Origin: Candidatus Roseilinea sp.
Lineage (GTDB): Bacteria; Chloroflexota; Anaerolineae; J036; Brachytrichaceae
Direction: 5' to 3'
Assembly: GCA_026003755.1 (NCBI GenBank)
Contig: BPHV01000001.1
Location: forward strand, 654,393-718,392
DNA length: 64,000 nucleotides
Every line of letters starts with the position of its first letter. Position 1 is the first letter of the stretch. Below the pieces are notes generated by a model. That model was not told where the DNA came from and did not search any database. It worked only from the letters and a program-made list of their open reading frames with translations. This document shows, piece by piece, positions 45,262 to 55,537 of the stretch. The translations under genes were made by a program, and so were the position numbers.

Positions 45262-46626
45262 ATGTCTAGATTTTACGGGACGAAGTATAAGACGATGGAC
45301 CGGCACGTGCTGCTGCGCGACGTTGACGTGCCGGATATTCGTGAGTATGACGTGTACGTCGCCCACGGCGGTTACGCCGCCTGGAAGAAGGCGCTGACGA
45401 CGATGAAGCCGGACGAAGTGATCAACGTCGTCAAGGACAGCGGCCTGCGCGGTCGCGGCGGCGCCGGCTTCCCCGCCGGCGTGAAATGGAGCTTCATCCC
45501 CAAGGATATCTTTCCCAAATACGTCGTGGTCAACGGCGACGAGAGCGAAGCGGGCACATTTAAGGATCACCAGATCATTGACGGCAACCCGCACCAGCTC
45601 ATCGAAGGCGTGGCGCTTTGCGCGTATGCGGTGCAGGCCAACACGAGCTACATTTACCTGCGCGGCGAGTTCTACGAGCCGGCCCAGACGCTGCAACGCG
45701 CAATAGACGAGGCCTACGCCCACGGCATGCTCGGCAAGAACGTGCTCGGCAGCGGCTTCGACTTGGACGTTCATATCCATCTCGGCGCCGGCGCCTATAT
45801 CTGCGGCGAAGAGACGGCCCTGCTGTCGTCGCTGGAAGGCCAACTCGGCCAGCCGCGCCTGCGCCCCCCGTTCCCGGCGGTGCAAGGCTTATACGCCAAG
45901 CCAACGGTGATCAACAACGTCGAGACGCTGGCCAATGTGCCGCCCATCGTGCTGCACGGGGCGCAGTGGTATCGCCAGTACGGCACGGAAAAGAGCCCCG
46001 GCACGAAGGTCTTTTGTGTGAGCGGGCGCGTGAACAAGCCGGGCAACTACGAGTTGCCGCTCGGCAAATACACCATCCGCGAGTTGATCGAGATGGCCGG
46101 TGGAACGATTGACGGCCGGCCGGTGAAGGGTGTGCTGCCCGCCGGCTCATCCGCGCCGATCCTGCCGGCCCCCCTGCTCGACACCAAGCTGGACTACGAG
46201 AGCATACAAGCGGCCGGCTCGATCCTGGGCTCGGCTTCATTCGTCATCCTCGACGACACGGTGGACATCGTCTGGGCGGCGCGCAAAATGGTGCGCTTCT
46301 TCAAGCACGAGAGCTGCGGCAAATGCACGCCCTGTCGCGAAGGCACCTACTGGGCGCTCAAGCTCTATGACAAAATCCTCTCCGGGCATGGCACGTTGGC
46401 GGACGTGGACATGATCGGCGAGGTGGCCGGGCAGATGGCCGGCAAGTGCTTCTGCCTGCTGGGCGAATTCGCCACGTCGCCCATGCAAAGCACACTCAAG
46501 CACTTCCGGGCAGAATACGAAGCGTTCATCGCCAACCATCAAGGCGGCAAGATGAACGGCTACGCCGACGAGTTGATCCGCGAAGGCGTGATCGCCGGAC
46601 CGGAGGGCGTCATCGCCCATCATTGA
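45262..46626 (+). CDS. nuoF: NADH-quinone oxidoreductase subunit F
   Basis: Contains GRGGAGFPAG, the FMN/NADH site, and ESCGKCTPCREG. RBS GAAGGAG lies upstream. Confidence 0.95.
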   Translation: MSRFYGTKYKTMDRHVLLRDVDVPDIREYDVYVAHGGYAAWKKALTTMKPDEVINVVKDSGLRGRGGAGFPAGVKWSFIPKDIFPKYVVVNGDESEAGTFKDHQIIDGNPHQLIEGVALCAYAVQANTSYIYLRGEFYEPAQTLQRAIDEAYAHGMLGKNVLGSGFDLDVHIHLGAGAYICGEETALLSSLEGQLGQPRLRPPFPAVQGLYAKPTVINNVETLANVPPIVLHGAQWYRQYGTEKSPGTKVFCVSGRVNKPGNYELPLGKYTIRELIEMAGGTIDGRPVKGVLPAGSSAPILPAPLLDTKLDYESIQAAGSILGSASFVILDDTVDIVWAARKMVRFFKHESCGKCTPCREGTYWALKLYDKILSGHGTLADVDMIGEVAGQMAGKCFCLLGEFATSPMQSTLKHFRAEYEAFIANHQGGKMNGYADELIREGVIAGPEGVIAHH

Positions 46627-46638
46627 TTTGGCTGATCC

Positions 46639-47649
46639 ATGCTGGCTTTCCGAGGACGACCTGAGCGACGCGCCGCAGTGGACGCAAAGCGAGTGTGCGC
46701 CGCATGTCTCGCCGGAGCGCTGGTGGCGCTCGCCGAGGGGCTGCCGGCGCATGCAGCGGAGAAAATCGTCACGCCCATCGGCAAAATCACCGCCGAATAT
46801 AAAGGCAAGTTCGTCACCGTCCAGGGGGTGATCGAGAGCGAGCGGCGGTTCAAATCCGGCATGCGCTATGGGATCAGCGACGACACCGGCAAGATCACGC
46901 TGGTGTTGTTCGACCGCGAGTTGAAACAAGCGCCAGGGCCCGATCGCCTGATCGAGGGCGCACGGGTGAACGTCACCGGCAAGGTGGACTTCTTCAACGA
47001 GGCAGCGCAGATCGTGCCGGTGCGCGGAACGGATGTGGTGATCGTGCAGCCTGCGCCGCCGGTTGCGTCGCTGGCTATTGGGGCCATCAGCGCCGACAAC
47101 GTGGGGCAAATGGTGGCCGTGCAGGGCGTCGTCATCGAAGCATCCAATTTCTCGGCGGGCTTCAAGCTGCGGCTGGGCGACGAAACCGGCCAGATCACCG
47201 TCACGCTCTTCGAGAATGTGTTCGATGCACTGGCCAAGCCCGAACAGATTAACGTCGGCGCCACGCTGAGCGTGACGGGTGAAGTGAACACCTTCGGCGG
47301 CAATTTGGAGATCACGCCCAGCTCGGCAAGCCGAATTCGCGTCGTGGCCGCGCCGCCCCCGCGCGATGTGCGACATTACTTGTTTTGCAACATTAGCGGA
47401 AACGACCACAACGCGATCGTGCGGGTGATCGGCGAAGTCGCCAACATTCGACCGTTCGATAGAGGCATTGAGGTATTGCTCAAGGACGAGACCGGTGCGC
47501 AATACCTACGGCTGTATCAGGTGGTGGCCAAGCGCGTGAACCTGAAAGTCGGCGATGAGATTGAAGCAATCGGGCGCGTGAGGGCGTCGAGGACCAGAGG
47601 CATTGCCATCGAAGTGGCGTTGCCCACCGATGTACAAGCAAAGCAATGA
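46639..47649 (+). CDS. signal-peptide protein with three tandem OB-fold (YgiW/BOF-like) repeats
   Basis: The N-terminus RVCAACLAGALVALAEGLPAHA-AE looks like a signal peptide. Three ~95-aa repeats follow, each with G-x-V-x-V-x-G...DDTG/DETG-x-I/Y-x-L...V-x-V/A-x-G-x-V. Lies 12 nt after nuoF and 3 nt before nuoG. Confidence 0.6.
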   Translation: MLAFRGRPERRAAVDAKRVCAACLAGALVALAEGLPAHAAEKIVTPIGKITAEYKGKFVTVQGVIESERRFKSGMRYGISDDTGKITLVLFDRELKQAPGPDRLIEGARVNVTGKVDFFNEAAQIVPVRGTDVVIVQPAPPVASLAIGAISADNVGQMVAVQGVVIEASNFSAGFKLRLGDETGQITVTLFENVFDALAKPEQINVGATLSVTGEVNTFGGNLEITPSSASRIRVVAAPPPRDVRHYLFCNISGNDHNAIVRVIGEVANIRPFDRGIEVLLKDETGAQYLRLYQVVAKRVNLKVGDEIEAIGRVRASRTRGIAIEVALPTDVQAKQ

Positions 47650-47652
47650 CGT

Positions 47653-49944
47653 ATGGCTGATTTAGTGAATCTGACGATTGACGGCGTGCCTGTGTCGGTG
47701 CCCAAAGGCACGCTCGTAGTGGACGCAGCAAAGACGATCGGGAACGACATCCCGGTATTTTGCTACCACCCCAAGCTCAAGCCGGTGGGCATGTGCCGCA
47801 TGTGCCTGGTGGACATCGGCATGCCGAAGATAGACCCGGCAACCAAACAACCGGTGCGCGATGAGCAAGGCAACGTGGTGATCGCCTTCCTGCCCAAGTT
47901 AACGACGGCCTGCACCACGCCGGTCAGCGAGGGCATGGTCGTCCGCACGGCGACCGAGCAGGTGCGCGCTGCGCGCGAGGACATCCTGGAGTTTCTGCTC
48001 ACCTCCCATCCGCTCGATTGCCCGATTTGCGACAAAGGCGGCGAGTGCCCGTTGCAGAATTTGACGCTGGGCTTCGGCCCCACCGTCAGCCGCTTCGACT
48101 ACGACGCCAAGTTTCACAACGAGAAACACGTGCCGCTCGGCGATTTGATCTACCTCGACCGCGAACGCTGCATCCAGTGCTCGCGCTGCATCCGCTTCCA
48201 GGATGAGATCGCCGACGACCATGTGTTGCAGTTCCACGACCGTGGGCGGGGCATGGAGATCATCACCTTCAGCGATCCGCCGTTCGACTCGTACTTCGGC
48301 GGCAACACGACCGACATCTGCCCGGTGGGCGCGCTGACTACGGCGGACTTCCGCTTTAAGGCCAGGCCGTGGGAGTTGGCGAGCACGCCAAGCCTTTGCA
48401 CGCACTGCCCGGTCGGTTGCAACATCACGCTGAACACCCGCCTGGAGACAAAGTTCGGCGATTACGAGATCAAGCGCATCATGCCGCGCCAGAACGAACA
48501 AGTCAACGAAATCTGGATTTGCGACAAAGGGCGCTATGTGCATCACTTCACCCGCGCCGGAGATCGCCTGCGCCAACCGATGATCCGGCGCGACGGCCGG
48601 CTGGTCGAGGCGACGTGGGAGCAAGCTTTGCAGTGGGTGAGCGACCGGTTGAAGGCTGCGGGGACGAGCGTGGCCGCCGTCGTCGGCGACCGGATCGCCA
48701 ACGAGGACGCCTACCTCGTCGCCAAGCTCATGCGCGCGCTGAACGGCGCTATCGGCATGTCGCCGTCTGTGCCCGCGCACTATGCGGATGTGGCGCGCGC
48801 CTTCGGCGTGGGCGCACATGCCAACTTCGCTCGCCTGGGCAAGGGCGATGTGATCCTCGTGGTGAACGGCGACGTAGAAGAGCAAGCGCCGGTGTGGTTC
48901 TTGCGTTTGCGCCAAGCCGTCGTGGATCGCGGCGCAGCGCTGGTCATCGCTCATTCGCACAGCACCAAGATGCATCGTTACGCGCGGACGATTCATCGCT
49001 ACGCGCCCGGCTATGCCGCCCAGTGGGTCGCCGATCGAAGCGCCGAACTCATCGCGAAAGAATCGTTGAAAGACGCCCGCAACTTGCTGATCGTCTTCGG
49101 CGATGCGCAGCTCGACGGCCCCGGCGCGCGCGCGTTGGCGCAGGGCTTGGCGAACGTACTCATCGCCACGGGCCACGCCGGCCAGGCCGATAGTGGCTTG
49201 TTGCCGCTCTATCCCCACGCCAACACGCAAGGCGTCTTCGATATGATCGCAGGCGCCACAGCCACGTCCAACGGCGCGAACGGTAAGGCTGGGATTGATG
49301 CGCGATCTTCTCTCGCCAATTCGAGGTTCGCGGTGGCCTGGTTGATCGGCGTGGGCGATGCAAGCGACGCGCCATCGGCTGAATTCACCGTCGTGCAAGA
49401 GCTGTTCATGACGGCGCTGGCAACGCAGGCCGATGTCGTGCTGCCGGCATTGAGCTTCGCCGAACGCGAAGGCACGTTGACCAGCGGCGACCGGCGCGTG
49501 CAGCGCTTCTACCGCGCCCTTCCCCCGTTGGGCGAAGCCCGGCCCGATTGGTGGATAGCCCAGGAGATTGCCAAACGGCTGGGCTACCCCTGGGGCTTTC
49601 AGGGTCCGCTGCACATCTTCGCCGACCTTGCGCGCAGCATCCCGCACTACCACGGGCTGTCCTACGAGGTCATCAGTGAGAGTGGTCCACAATGGCCGCC
49701 GATGGGACGCGGCGACCTGTACTATGGCGGCACGGTATACGACAACACCGGCGGCCTGGGCGCGCGCTACGCCAGCGACGCCGAGCGCGATCCCGCCGGC
49801 GTGCGTCCGTATGAGTGGGCTGCGCCCGAGCCAACCATCGCCGGCCTGGAACGCCGGCTGCGACCGCTCTATCGCGATGGCGAACTCGTCCGCCGCAGCG
49901 CCGTGCTCGCGTCGCACATCGTCCCAGCGCAGGAGGCTGCCTAG
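47653..49944 (+). CDS. nuoG: NADH-quinone oxidoreductase subunit G
   Basis: N-terminal 2Fe-2S and 4Fe-4S motifs (CYHPKLKPVGMCRMC, HPLDCPICDKGGECPLQ, CIQCSRCIRF), then a molybdopterin-like domain. Confidence 0.95.
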   Translation: MADLVNLTIDGVPVSVPKGTLVVDAAKTIGNDIPVFCYHPKLKPVGMCRMCLVDIGMPKIDPATKQPVRDEQGNVVIAFLPKLTTACTTPVSEGMVVRTATEQVRAAREDILEFLLTSHPLDCPICDKGGECPLQNLTLGFGPTVSRFDYDAKFHNEKHVPLGDLIYLDRERCIQCSRCIRFQDEIADDHVLQFHDRGRGMEIITFSDPPFDSYFGGNTTDICPVGALTTADFRFKARPWELASTPSLCTHCPVGCNITLNTRLETKFGDYEIKRIMPRQNEQVNEIWICDKGRYVHHFTRAGDRLRQPMIRRDGRLVEATWEQALQWVSDRLKAAGTSVAAVVGDRIANEDAYLVAKLMRALNGAIGMSPSVPAHYADVARAFGVGAHANFARLGKGDVILVVNGDVEEQAPVWFLRLRQAVVDRGAALVIAHSHSTKMHRYARTIHRYAPGYAAQWVADRSAELIAKESLKDARNLLIVFGDAQLDGPGARALAQGLANVLIATGHAGQADSGLLPLYPHANTQGVFDMIAGATATSNGANGKAGIDARSSLANSRFAVAWLIGVGDASDAPSAEFTVVQELFMTALATQADVVLPALSFAEREGTLTSGDRRVQRFYRALPPLGEARPDWWIAQEIAKRLGYPWGFQGPLHIFADLARSIPHYHGLSYEVISESGPQWPPMGRGDLYYGGTVYDNTGGLGARYASDAERDPAGVRPYEWAAPEPTIAGLERRLRPLYRDGELVRRSAVLASHIVPAQEAA

Positions 49945-50022
49945 GGAGATTCGACATCCTTCGCCGCGCGCCTGCGCAGGGGAGCGGCGCAAGGTCAAAG
50001 CAGAGGAACGCGAAATACAAGC

Positions 50023-51024
50023 ATGCCTGTTCTACTCGAAGCCACTTTGAAGTCGGTCGTGTTGCTCTTCGTGCTGCTGACCGGCTTCGCTTACCTCACG
50101 CTCATGGAGCGCAAGGTGCTGGCGCGCTTACAAGCGCGCATCGGCCCAAACCGCGCCGGCCCGCTGGGATTGCTCCAACCATTGGCCGACGGCCTCAAGC
50201 TCATCTTCAAGGAGAGCATCACCCCTGCCGGGGCGGATAAGCCGATCTACTTCCTCGCCCCGGTGCTCGTCGTCGTGCCGGCGCTCATCCTGTTCGCGGT
50301 GATCCCGGTCGGCAAAGGGCCGGCCTTCCAACTGGCCAGCGAGATCAACGTCGGCGCGCTGTACGTCGTCGGCGTGATGGGCGTAGCCGTATACGGCATC
50401 ACGCTGGCGGGATGGGCATCGAACAACAAATACGCCGCGCTGGGCGGCTTGCGCGCCTCCGCGCAGGTGATCTCATACGAGCTCGGTATGGGTTTGTCCA
50501 TCGTCGCCGTCGTCTTGATGGCGTCGAGCGCGAGCCTGGCCGATATCGTCGAGGCGCAAATGCCCGGCAACATCCTGGGCTGGTTCATCTTCCGCCAACC
50601 GGTCGCGGCGGCGATCTTCGCCATCACCGCCATGGCCGAATTAGCCCGCGCGCCGTTCGACCTGGTCGAAGCCGAGCAGGAACTGACGGCCGGCTTCATG
50701 ACCGAATACAGCGGCATGAAGTTTGCGCTGTTTTTCATGGGCGAATATGTCAAGATGATCGCCGTCAGCGCGCTGTTCGCCACGTTCTTCCTGGGCGGCT
50801 GGAGCGGGCCATTCGTGGATCAGGTGCCGATCCTCTCAGTCGTGTATTTCACAATCAAAGTCGTCGCTTGTCTGCTGCTGATGATCTGGACGCGCGCGAC
50901 GCTGCCGCGCATGCGCTACGACCGGCTGATGAGCTTCGGTTGGAAGGTGCTCACCCCGGTGGCGCTTGCTAACGTGATCGTGACGGCGTTCTTGATCGCG
51001 CTGGGCGTGCCGGGCTATCAGTAG
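50023..51024 (+). CDS. nuoH: NADH-quinone oxidoreductase subunit H
   Basis: Contains ERKVLARLQARIGPNRAGPLGLLQPLADGLKL and FDLVEAEQELTAGF. Confidence 0.95.
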   Translation: MPVLLEATLKSVVLLFVLLTGFAYLTLMERKVLARLQARIGPNRAGPLGLLQPLADGLKLIFKESITPAGADKPIYFLAPVLVVVPALILFAVIPVGKGPAFQLASEINVGALYVVGVMGVAVYGITLAGWASNNKYAALGGLRASAQVISYELGMGLSIVAVVLMASSASLADIVEAQMPGNILGWFIFRQPVAAAIFAITAMAELARAPFDLVEAEQELTAGFMTEYSGMKFALFFMGEYVKMIAVSALFATFFLGGWSGPFVDQVPILSVVYFTIKVVACLLLMIWTRATLPRMRYDRLMSFGWKVLTPVALANVIVTAFLIALGVPGYQ

Positions 51025-51083
51025 CGACGACGCTGACCCTACTCGCTCAAGTCACAAGTTGCTCGTCCCAAGTCACACAAACG

Positions 51084-51608
51084 ATGGGTCTGAAAGACGT
51101 GCTCACCCAAATCGCGGTCGGCTTCGCGACGGTGCTGAAGACCGTCACGCGCAGGCCGGTGACGATTCAATATCCTGAACAGCATAAGCCGATGTCGGCG
51201 CGCTTCCGCGGGCGTCATCACCTCAAGCGCTACGAGGACGGCCTAGAGCGCTGCATTGGATGCGCGTTGTGCGCGGCGGCCTGTCCGGCCGATGCGATCT
51301 ACGTCGAAGCCGGCGAGAACACCGACGAAGCGCGCTACTCGCCAGGCGAACGCTACGCCAAGACGTATGAGATCAACATGCTGCGCTGCATCTTCTGCGG
51401 CTACTGCGAAGACGCCTGCCCGACGAACGCGATCGTGCTGGAGCCGATCGAATTCCCGACCGGCTACACGCGCGAGAGCATGATCTACACCAAAGAGATG
51501 CTGCTCGAATCACCGCCGATCAACGTGCCGGCCACGCCGCAGCGCACGCCGCCGGGCAAATACGACCGCGCCATCCTGCCCTTCCCACCAATTGACGAAA
51601 GCCAATGA
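51084..51608 (+). CDS. nuoI: NADH-quinone oxidoreductase subunit I
   Basis: Two ferredoxin motifs: CIGCALCAAACP and CIFCGYCEDACP. Confidence 0.95.
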   Translation: MGLKDVLTQIAVGFATVLKTVTRRPVTIQYPEQHKPMSARFRGRHHLKRYEDGLERCIGCALCAAACPADAIYVEAGENTDEARYSPGERYAKTYEINMLRCIFCGYCEDACPTNAIVLEPIEFPTGYTRESMIYTKEMLLESPPINVPATPQRTPPGKYDRAILPFPPIDESQ

Positions 51609-52105
51609 ACCCCGATCTGCCTATCCTCATCGTGCTCGGCGCTGTGAGCATCGCTTCGGCGCTGGGTTTGTTGCTCAGCCGCAACGCCATCTACGCCGCG
51701 CTGTTCCTGGTGCTGAACTTCGGCGTCGGGGCGGTGATCTACCTCGTCTTGAACGCGCCGTTCATCGCCGTGGTTCAGGTGAGCGTATACGCCGGAGCGA
51801 TCATGGTGCTCTTCCTATTCGTCATCATGCTGCTGGGTGCAGAGCGGCTCAGCCCAGGCGAGAATCCCCCCGGCATGTCCTTTCAACGGCCGCTGGCGAT
51901 CGCACTCGGCGGCGTGTTGTTGGGGCTGGCGCTCTACGCGCTGTTCGTCCGGCAGCCGCCTATCACGGCGACGGCGCTGGCCGATTCCAGCCCGATGGCC
52001 ATCGGCCTGTCGCTGTTCGGCCCTTACCTCTTCCCTTTTGAAGTCGTGTCCATCCTGCTGCTGGTCGCAATGGTCGGCGCAGTGGTGCTGACGCGGAATA
52101 GGTAA
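51605..52105 (+). CDS. nuoJ: NADH-quinone oxidoreductase subunit J
   Basis: 166-aa membrane ORF with an ATGA overlap with nuoI. Contains [20 protein letters not shown]. Confidence 0.9.
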   Translation: MNPDLPILIVLGAVSIASALGLLLSRNAIYAALFLVLNFGVGAVIYLVLNAPFIAVVQVSVYAGAIMVLFLFVIMLLGAERLSPGENPPGMSFQRPLAIALGGVLLGLALYALFVRQPPITATALADSSPMAIGLSLFGPYLFPFEVVSILLLVAMVGAVVLTRNR

Positions 52106-52163
52106 CGGCCGATGTGCGCAACGCTTGATCAATTCGCAGAACACCATACGCGGCAAGACTCTT

Positions 52164-52466
52164 ATGGACTCCACGACCTTCGTCGCCTTTCTCTCGTCTG
52201 TTTTGTTCACCATCGGCGTGCTGGGCGTGTTGTTGCGCCGGAGCGCGCTGCTGATCTTCATGTCGGTCGAGTTGATGCTCAACGCGGCCAACCTCGCCTT
52301 CGTCGCATTCGCCCATCGCTGGGTGCAGCTCGACGGGCAGATCTTCGTGTTCTTCGTGATGGCAGTTGCCGCCGCCGAGGTGGCCGTGGGCTTGGCGCTG
52401 ATCGTGACGATCTTCCGCACCAAGCGCAGCACAAACGTGGATGACCTGGCCGCGCTGAAGGGATAG
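52164..52466 (+). CDS. nuoK: NADH-quinone oxidoreductase subunit K
   Basis: From ATG 52164 it gives 100 aa and contains [18 protein letters not shown]. Confidence 0.9.
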   Translation: MDSTTFVAFLSSVLFTIGVLGVLLRRSALLIFMSVELMLNAANLAFVAFAHRWVQLDGQIFVFFVMAVAAAEVAVGLALIVTIFRTKRSTNVDDLAALKG

Positions 52467-52480
52467 GAGGGGATAACCGC

Positions 52481-54376
52481 ATGGCGCTATTCATTCTTTC
52501 TCCGATCCTGTTCCCGCTGCTCGGCTTGCTGATCAACGCGATCTGGGGCCGGCGCATGAGCGAACGCGCCATCGGCGGGGTGGCCACGCTGGCCGCAGCG
52601 GCCGCCTTCGTCGTGAGCATGATCATGCTAGGCCCGTTGACTGCTGCGGACGATGCCCGCCTAACAGCAACCATCGCGCCGTGGATCGCCGCCGGCGCGC
52701 TCAACGTGTCGTTCGGCTTCCTGGTGGACCGGCTGAGCATCGTCATCATGCTGATCGTCACGGGCATCGGCACGTTGATCCACATGTTCAGCATCGGCTA
52801 CATGCGCGGCGACGAGCGCTTCCAGCGCTACTTCATCTATCTCAACCTGTTCCTGGCATCCATGCTGACGTTAGTCATGGCCGACAATTTCCTGGTGATG
52901 TTCATGGGCTGGGAGCTGGTGGGCTTGTGCTCGTACCTGCTCATCGGTTTCTGGTTCAAGAACCTCAAGAACGCCGAGGCAGGCCGCAAAGCGTTCGTCG
53001 TCAACCGCATCGGCGACGTCGGCTTCGTGCTGGGCATCTTGCTGATCTTCGTCACGTTCGGCAGCCTGAGCTTCGCCGACGTGTTCGGGCAAGCCGAAGC
53101 GCAGGGCGAGGCGCTGGCCGGCACCATCGGCCTGATCACCCTGCTGCTGTTTATCGGCGCGACGGGCAAGAGCGCGCAGATCCCGCTGTTCGTTTGGTTG
53201 CCCGATGCCATGGCCGGCCCTACCCCGGTCTCCGCGCTCATCCACGCCGCGACAATGGTGACGGCCGGCGTGTATATGATGACGCGCGCAAGCGCGCTGT
53301 ATGAGCTTGCGCCGGCCACGCAGGCCATCGTCGCCCTCGTCGGCGCGCTGACCGCCTTCGTCGCCGGCGCAAGCGCGCTGCGCCAGCTCGACATCAAGAA
53401 GGTGCTGGCCTACTCCACCGTCAGCCAGCTCGGCTATATGGTTGCCGCCTGTGGCCTGGGCGCGTTCATCGCCGCCGATTTCCACCTGCTCACGCACGCT
53501 TTCTTCAAGGCTGCGTTGTTCCTGGCGGCCGGCAGCGTGATTCACGGGATGGAGCACGGCATGCACGCCGCGCACGGCGCACATGTGGATGCGCAGGACA
53601 TGCGCTGCATGGGCGGGCTGGCGCGCAGAATGCCGATCACCTTCGTCGCGTTCCTGCTCGGGGGGCTAGCACTGGCCGGCGTGCCGCCGCTGTCCGGCTT
53701 CTTCTCCAAAGACGAAATTCTGCTAGACGCCTTCAAGCACAACCCGTTGGTGTTCGCCTTGTTGGCCGTCAGCTCTGTGGTAACGGCGTTCTACGTCGGC
53801 CGGCAACTGGCGCTGGTGTTCACCGGCCCGCCGCGCAGCGAAGCCGCCGCGCACGCCGTCGAGTCGAACTGGCTGATGACCGTGCCGCTGATCGCGTTGA
53901 CGATCGGCACGGTGTTCGCCGGCTTGTTCAACTTCCCCGGCACGCATCCGCTGACGGATTGGCTCGCGCCGGTCGTGCAGCACGGCGAAGCGCCCAAGTT
54001 CGATGTTGTCCTAGCGGCGGTGTTTAGCGCACCGGCGATCGGCGCGTTGGCCGGCGCGTGGCTGCTTTACCGCAACCCCGACCGCGCTCAGGCGGAGGCC
54101 GAAACCGGAGTGGGGCGCTTGCTGGCGAAGGCGTGGTACTTCGACGACGCTTATAGGTGGGCAATCGTCAAGCCCTTCTACATCATCAGCACCGTGTGCG
54201 CACAAGTCGTTGACGTAGGCGTGATTGACGGCGCAGTGAACGGCGTGGGGCGTCTGTTCCGCAACCTCGGCGGCTCGCTGCGCAGCGTGCAGACCGGCTT
54301 TGTGCGCAACTACGGCTTGATCATGCTCGCCGGTGTGGTCGTCGTTGTGGCATATTTCGCGCTGAATGCGAGGTGA
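52481..54376 (+). CDS. nuoL: NADH-quinone oxidoreductase subunit L
   Basis: 631-aa antiporter-like subunit with WELVGLCSYLLIGFW and a long C-terminal lateral-helix region. Confidence 0.95.
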   Translation: MALFILSPILFPLLGLLINAIWGRRMSERAIGGVATLAAAAAFVVSMIMLGPLTAADDARLTATIAPWIAAGALNVSFGFLVDRLSIVIMLIVTGIGTLIHMFSIGYMRGDERFQRYFIYLNLFLASMLTLVMADNFLVMFMGWELVGLCSYLLIGFWFKNLKNAEAGRKAFVVNRIGDVGFVLGILLIFVTFGSLSFADVFGQAEAQGEALAGTIGLITLLLFIGATGKSAQIPLFVWLPDAMAGPTPVSALIHAATMVTAGVYMMTRASALYELAPATQAIVALVGALTAFVAGASALRQLDIKKVLAYSTVSQLGYMVAACGLGAFIAADFHLLTHAFFKAALFLAAGSVIHGMEHGMHAAHGAHVDAQDMRCMGGLARRMPITFVAFLLGGLALAGVPPLSGFFSKDEILLDAFKHNPLVFALLAVSSVVTAFYVGRQLALVFTGPPRSEAAAHAVESNWLMTVPLIALTIGTVFAGLFNFPGTHPLTDWLAPVVQHGEAPKFDVVLAAVFSAPAIGALAGAWLLYRNPDRAQAEAETGVGRLLAKAWYFDDAYRWAIVKPFYIISTVCAQVVDVGVIDGAVNGVGRLFRNLGGSLRSVQTGFVRNYGLIMLAGVVVVVAYFALNAR

Positions 54377-54455
54377 TTCCCGGCTTCTGACTCCCGACCG
54401 GCCAAGAACCGAAGGCGGGAGTGGAGAGTCGGAAGTCGTGCGAAAGGAGGTTGCC

Positions 54456-55151
54456 ATGATCGTTCAAGCTTCAACCGTTCATACCGATCCGAATGACCCT
54501 GCACCACAAGGCTACCTGGTGCGGCCAGACGACGGCAAGACTTATCCCGGCATTGTGCTCATTCAGGAGTGGTGGGGCATCGAGCCACACATTCGTGAGC
54601 TAGCGCAACGACTGGCCACATCGGGCTTCGTGGTGCTTGTGCCCGACCTGTATCACGGCAAGATCGCCACCGAGCCGGACGAGGCGCAGAAGATGCTGAT
54701 GGCGACCGTGCAGAACATGGACCAGGCCATCCGCGAGATCGTGCTGGCGCTGGACTACCTGCGCAACGATCCGGGCGTGCAACCGAAGAAGATCGGGCTG
54801 ATGGGCTTCTGTATGGGCGGCCTGCTCACCTACAAGACCGCCGAACGCTACCCGCACCTAGGCGCGATCTCGCCCTGGTACGGTGGCAGCTACGACCCGA
54901 CGCCGGAGGACGTCGCCAAGGTGAACGTGCCGGTGCTGGCCATTTACGGCGAGAAGGACGGCGCCATCCCGGTCGCGCAGGTGAAGAAGATCGAAAAGCT
55001 CTACAAAGACGCCGGCAAGGACATCGAGGTGCGCATTTACCCGAACGCCGGCCATGCGTTCAACAACCCCGACCACGGCATGTATGTGGCCGAGGCGGCG
55101 AAGGACGCCTGGGCGCGCGCGGTGGCCTTCTTCAAGAAGCACTTGGTCTGA
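54456..55151 (+). CDS. dienelactone hydrolase family protein
   Basis: From ATG 54456 with RBS AAAGGAGG. Contains GIVLIQEWWGI, the nucleophile elbow GLMGFCMGG, and a late GHAF motif. Confidence 0.85.
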   Translation: MIVQASTVHTDPNDPAPQGYLVRPDDGKTYPGIVLIQEWWGIEPHIRELAQRLATSGFVVLVPDLYHGKIATEPDEAQKMLMATVQNMDQAIREIVLALDYLRNDPGVQPKKIGLMGFCMGGLLTYKTAERYPHLGAISPWYGGSYDPTPEDVAKVNVPVLAIYGEKDGAIPVAQVKKIEKLYKDAGKDIEVRIYPNAGHAFNNPDHGMYVAEAAKDAWARAVAFFKKHLV

Positions 55152-55153
55152 CC

Positions 55154-55537
55154 ATGGCGAAAACAGCGGCCGATCTAACGGCAGAGGAGATGCAGGCGTA
55201 TCGCGCAGGCTTGGCTCGCAAGCTGGCCTGGGATACGCCTGATCTGCTCGCGCGTCGCTGCCGCGCCTTACAAGTGGCCAAGCGAGTTGCCGACTCACTC
55301 AAAGAACAGTTTGGCGCAAGACAGGTCCTGCTCTTCGGCTCGCTCGCACATGGTCACTGGTACACGCGCAATTCGGACATTGACATTGCTGTATGGGGCC
55401 TCGAGCCGTCCCGATTCTTCGAGGCGCTAGGCGTAGCCGAGGCGCTTTCGAGCGACTTTGATATTGATCTTCTTCCTATGGAAGATTGCAAGCCGGAGTG
55501 GCGAGATGTCATTCTGGGCGAGGCGCAACCGCTGTGA
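55154..55537 (+). CDS. minimal nucleotidyltransferase (MNT/MntA-like antitoxin-type) protein
   Basis: 127 aa with the GS-x11-DxD NTase motif in LLFGSLAHGHWYTRNSDIDIAV. Confidence 0.8.
   Translation: MAKTAADLTAEEMQAYRAGLARKLAWDTPDLLARRCRALQVAKRVADSLKEQFGARQVLLFGSLAHGHWYTRNSDIDIAVWGLEPSRFFEALGVAEALSSDFDIDLLPMEDCKPEWRDVILGEAQPL

Noticed and set aside
47899-49998. A very long antisense ORF (699 aa) opposite nuoG. Similar ones include 1000-2694, 32670-33791, 46237-47502, 45211-45885 and 19958-20590.
   Set aside because: They are Arg/Ala/Gly/Pro-rich with no recognisable motifs, and they lie exactly opposite well-supported genes. This is typical of stop-codon-poor shadow frames in about 65% GC DNA.
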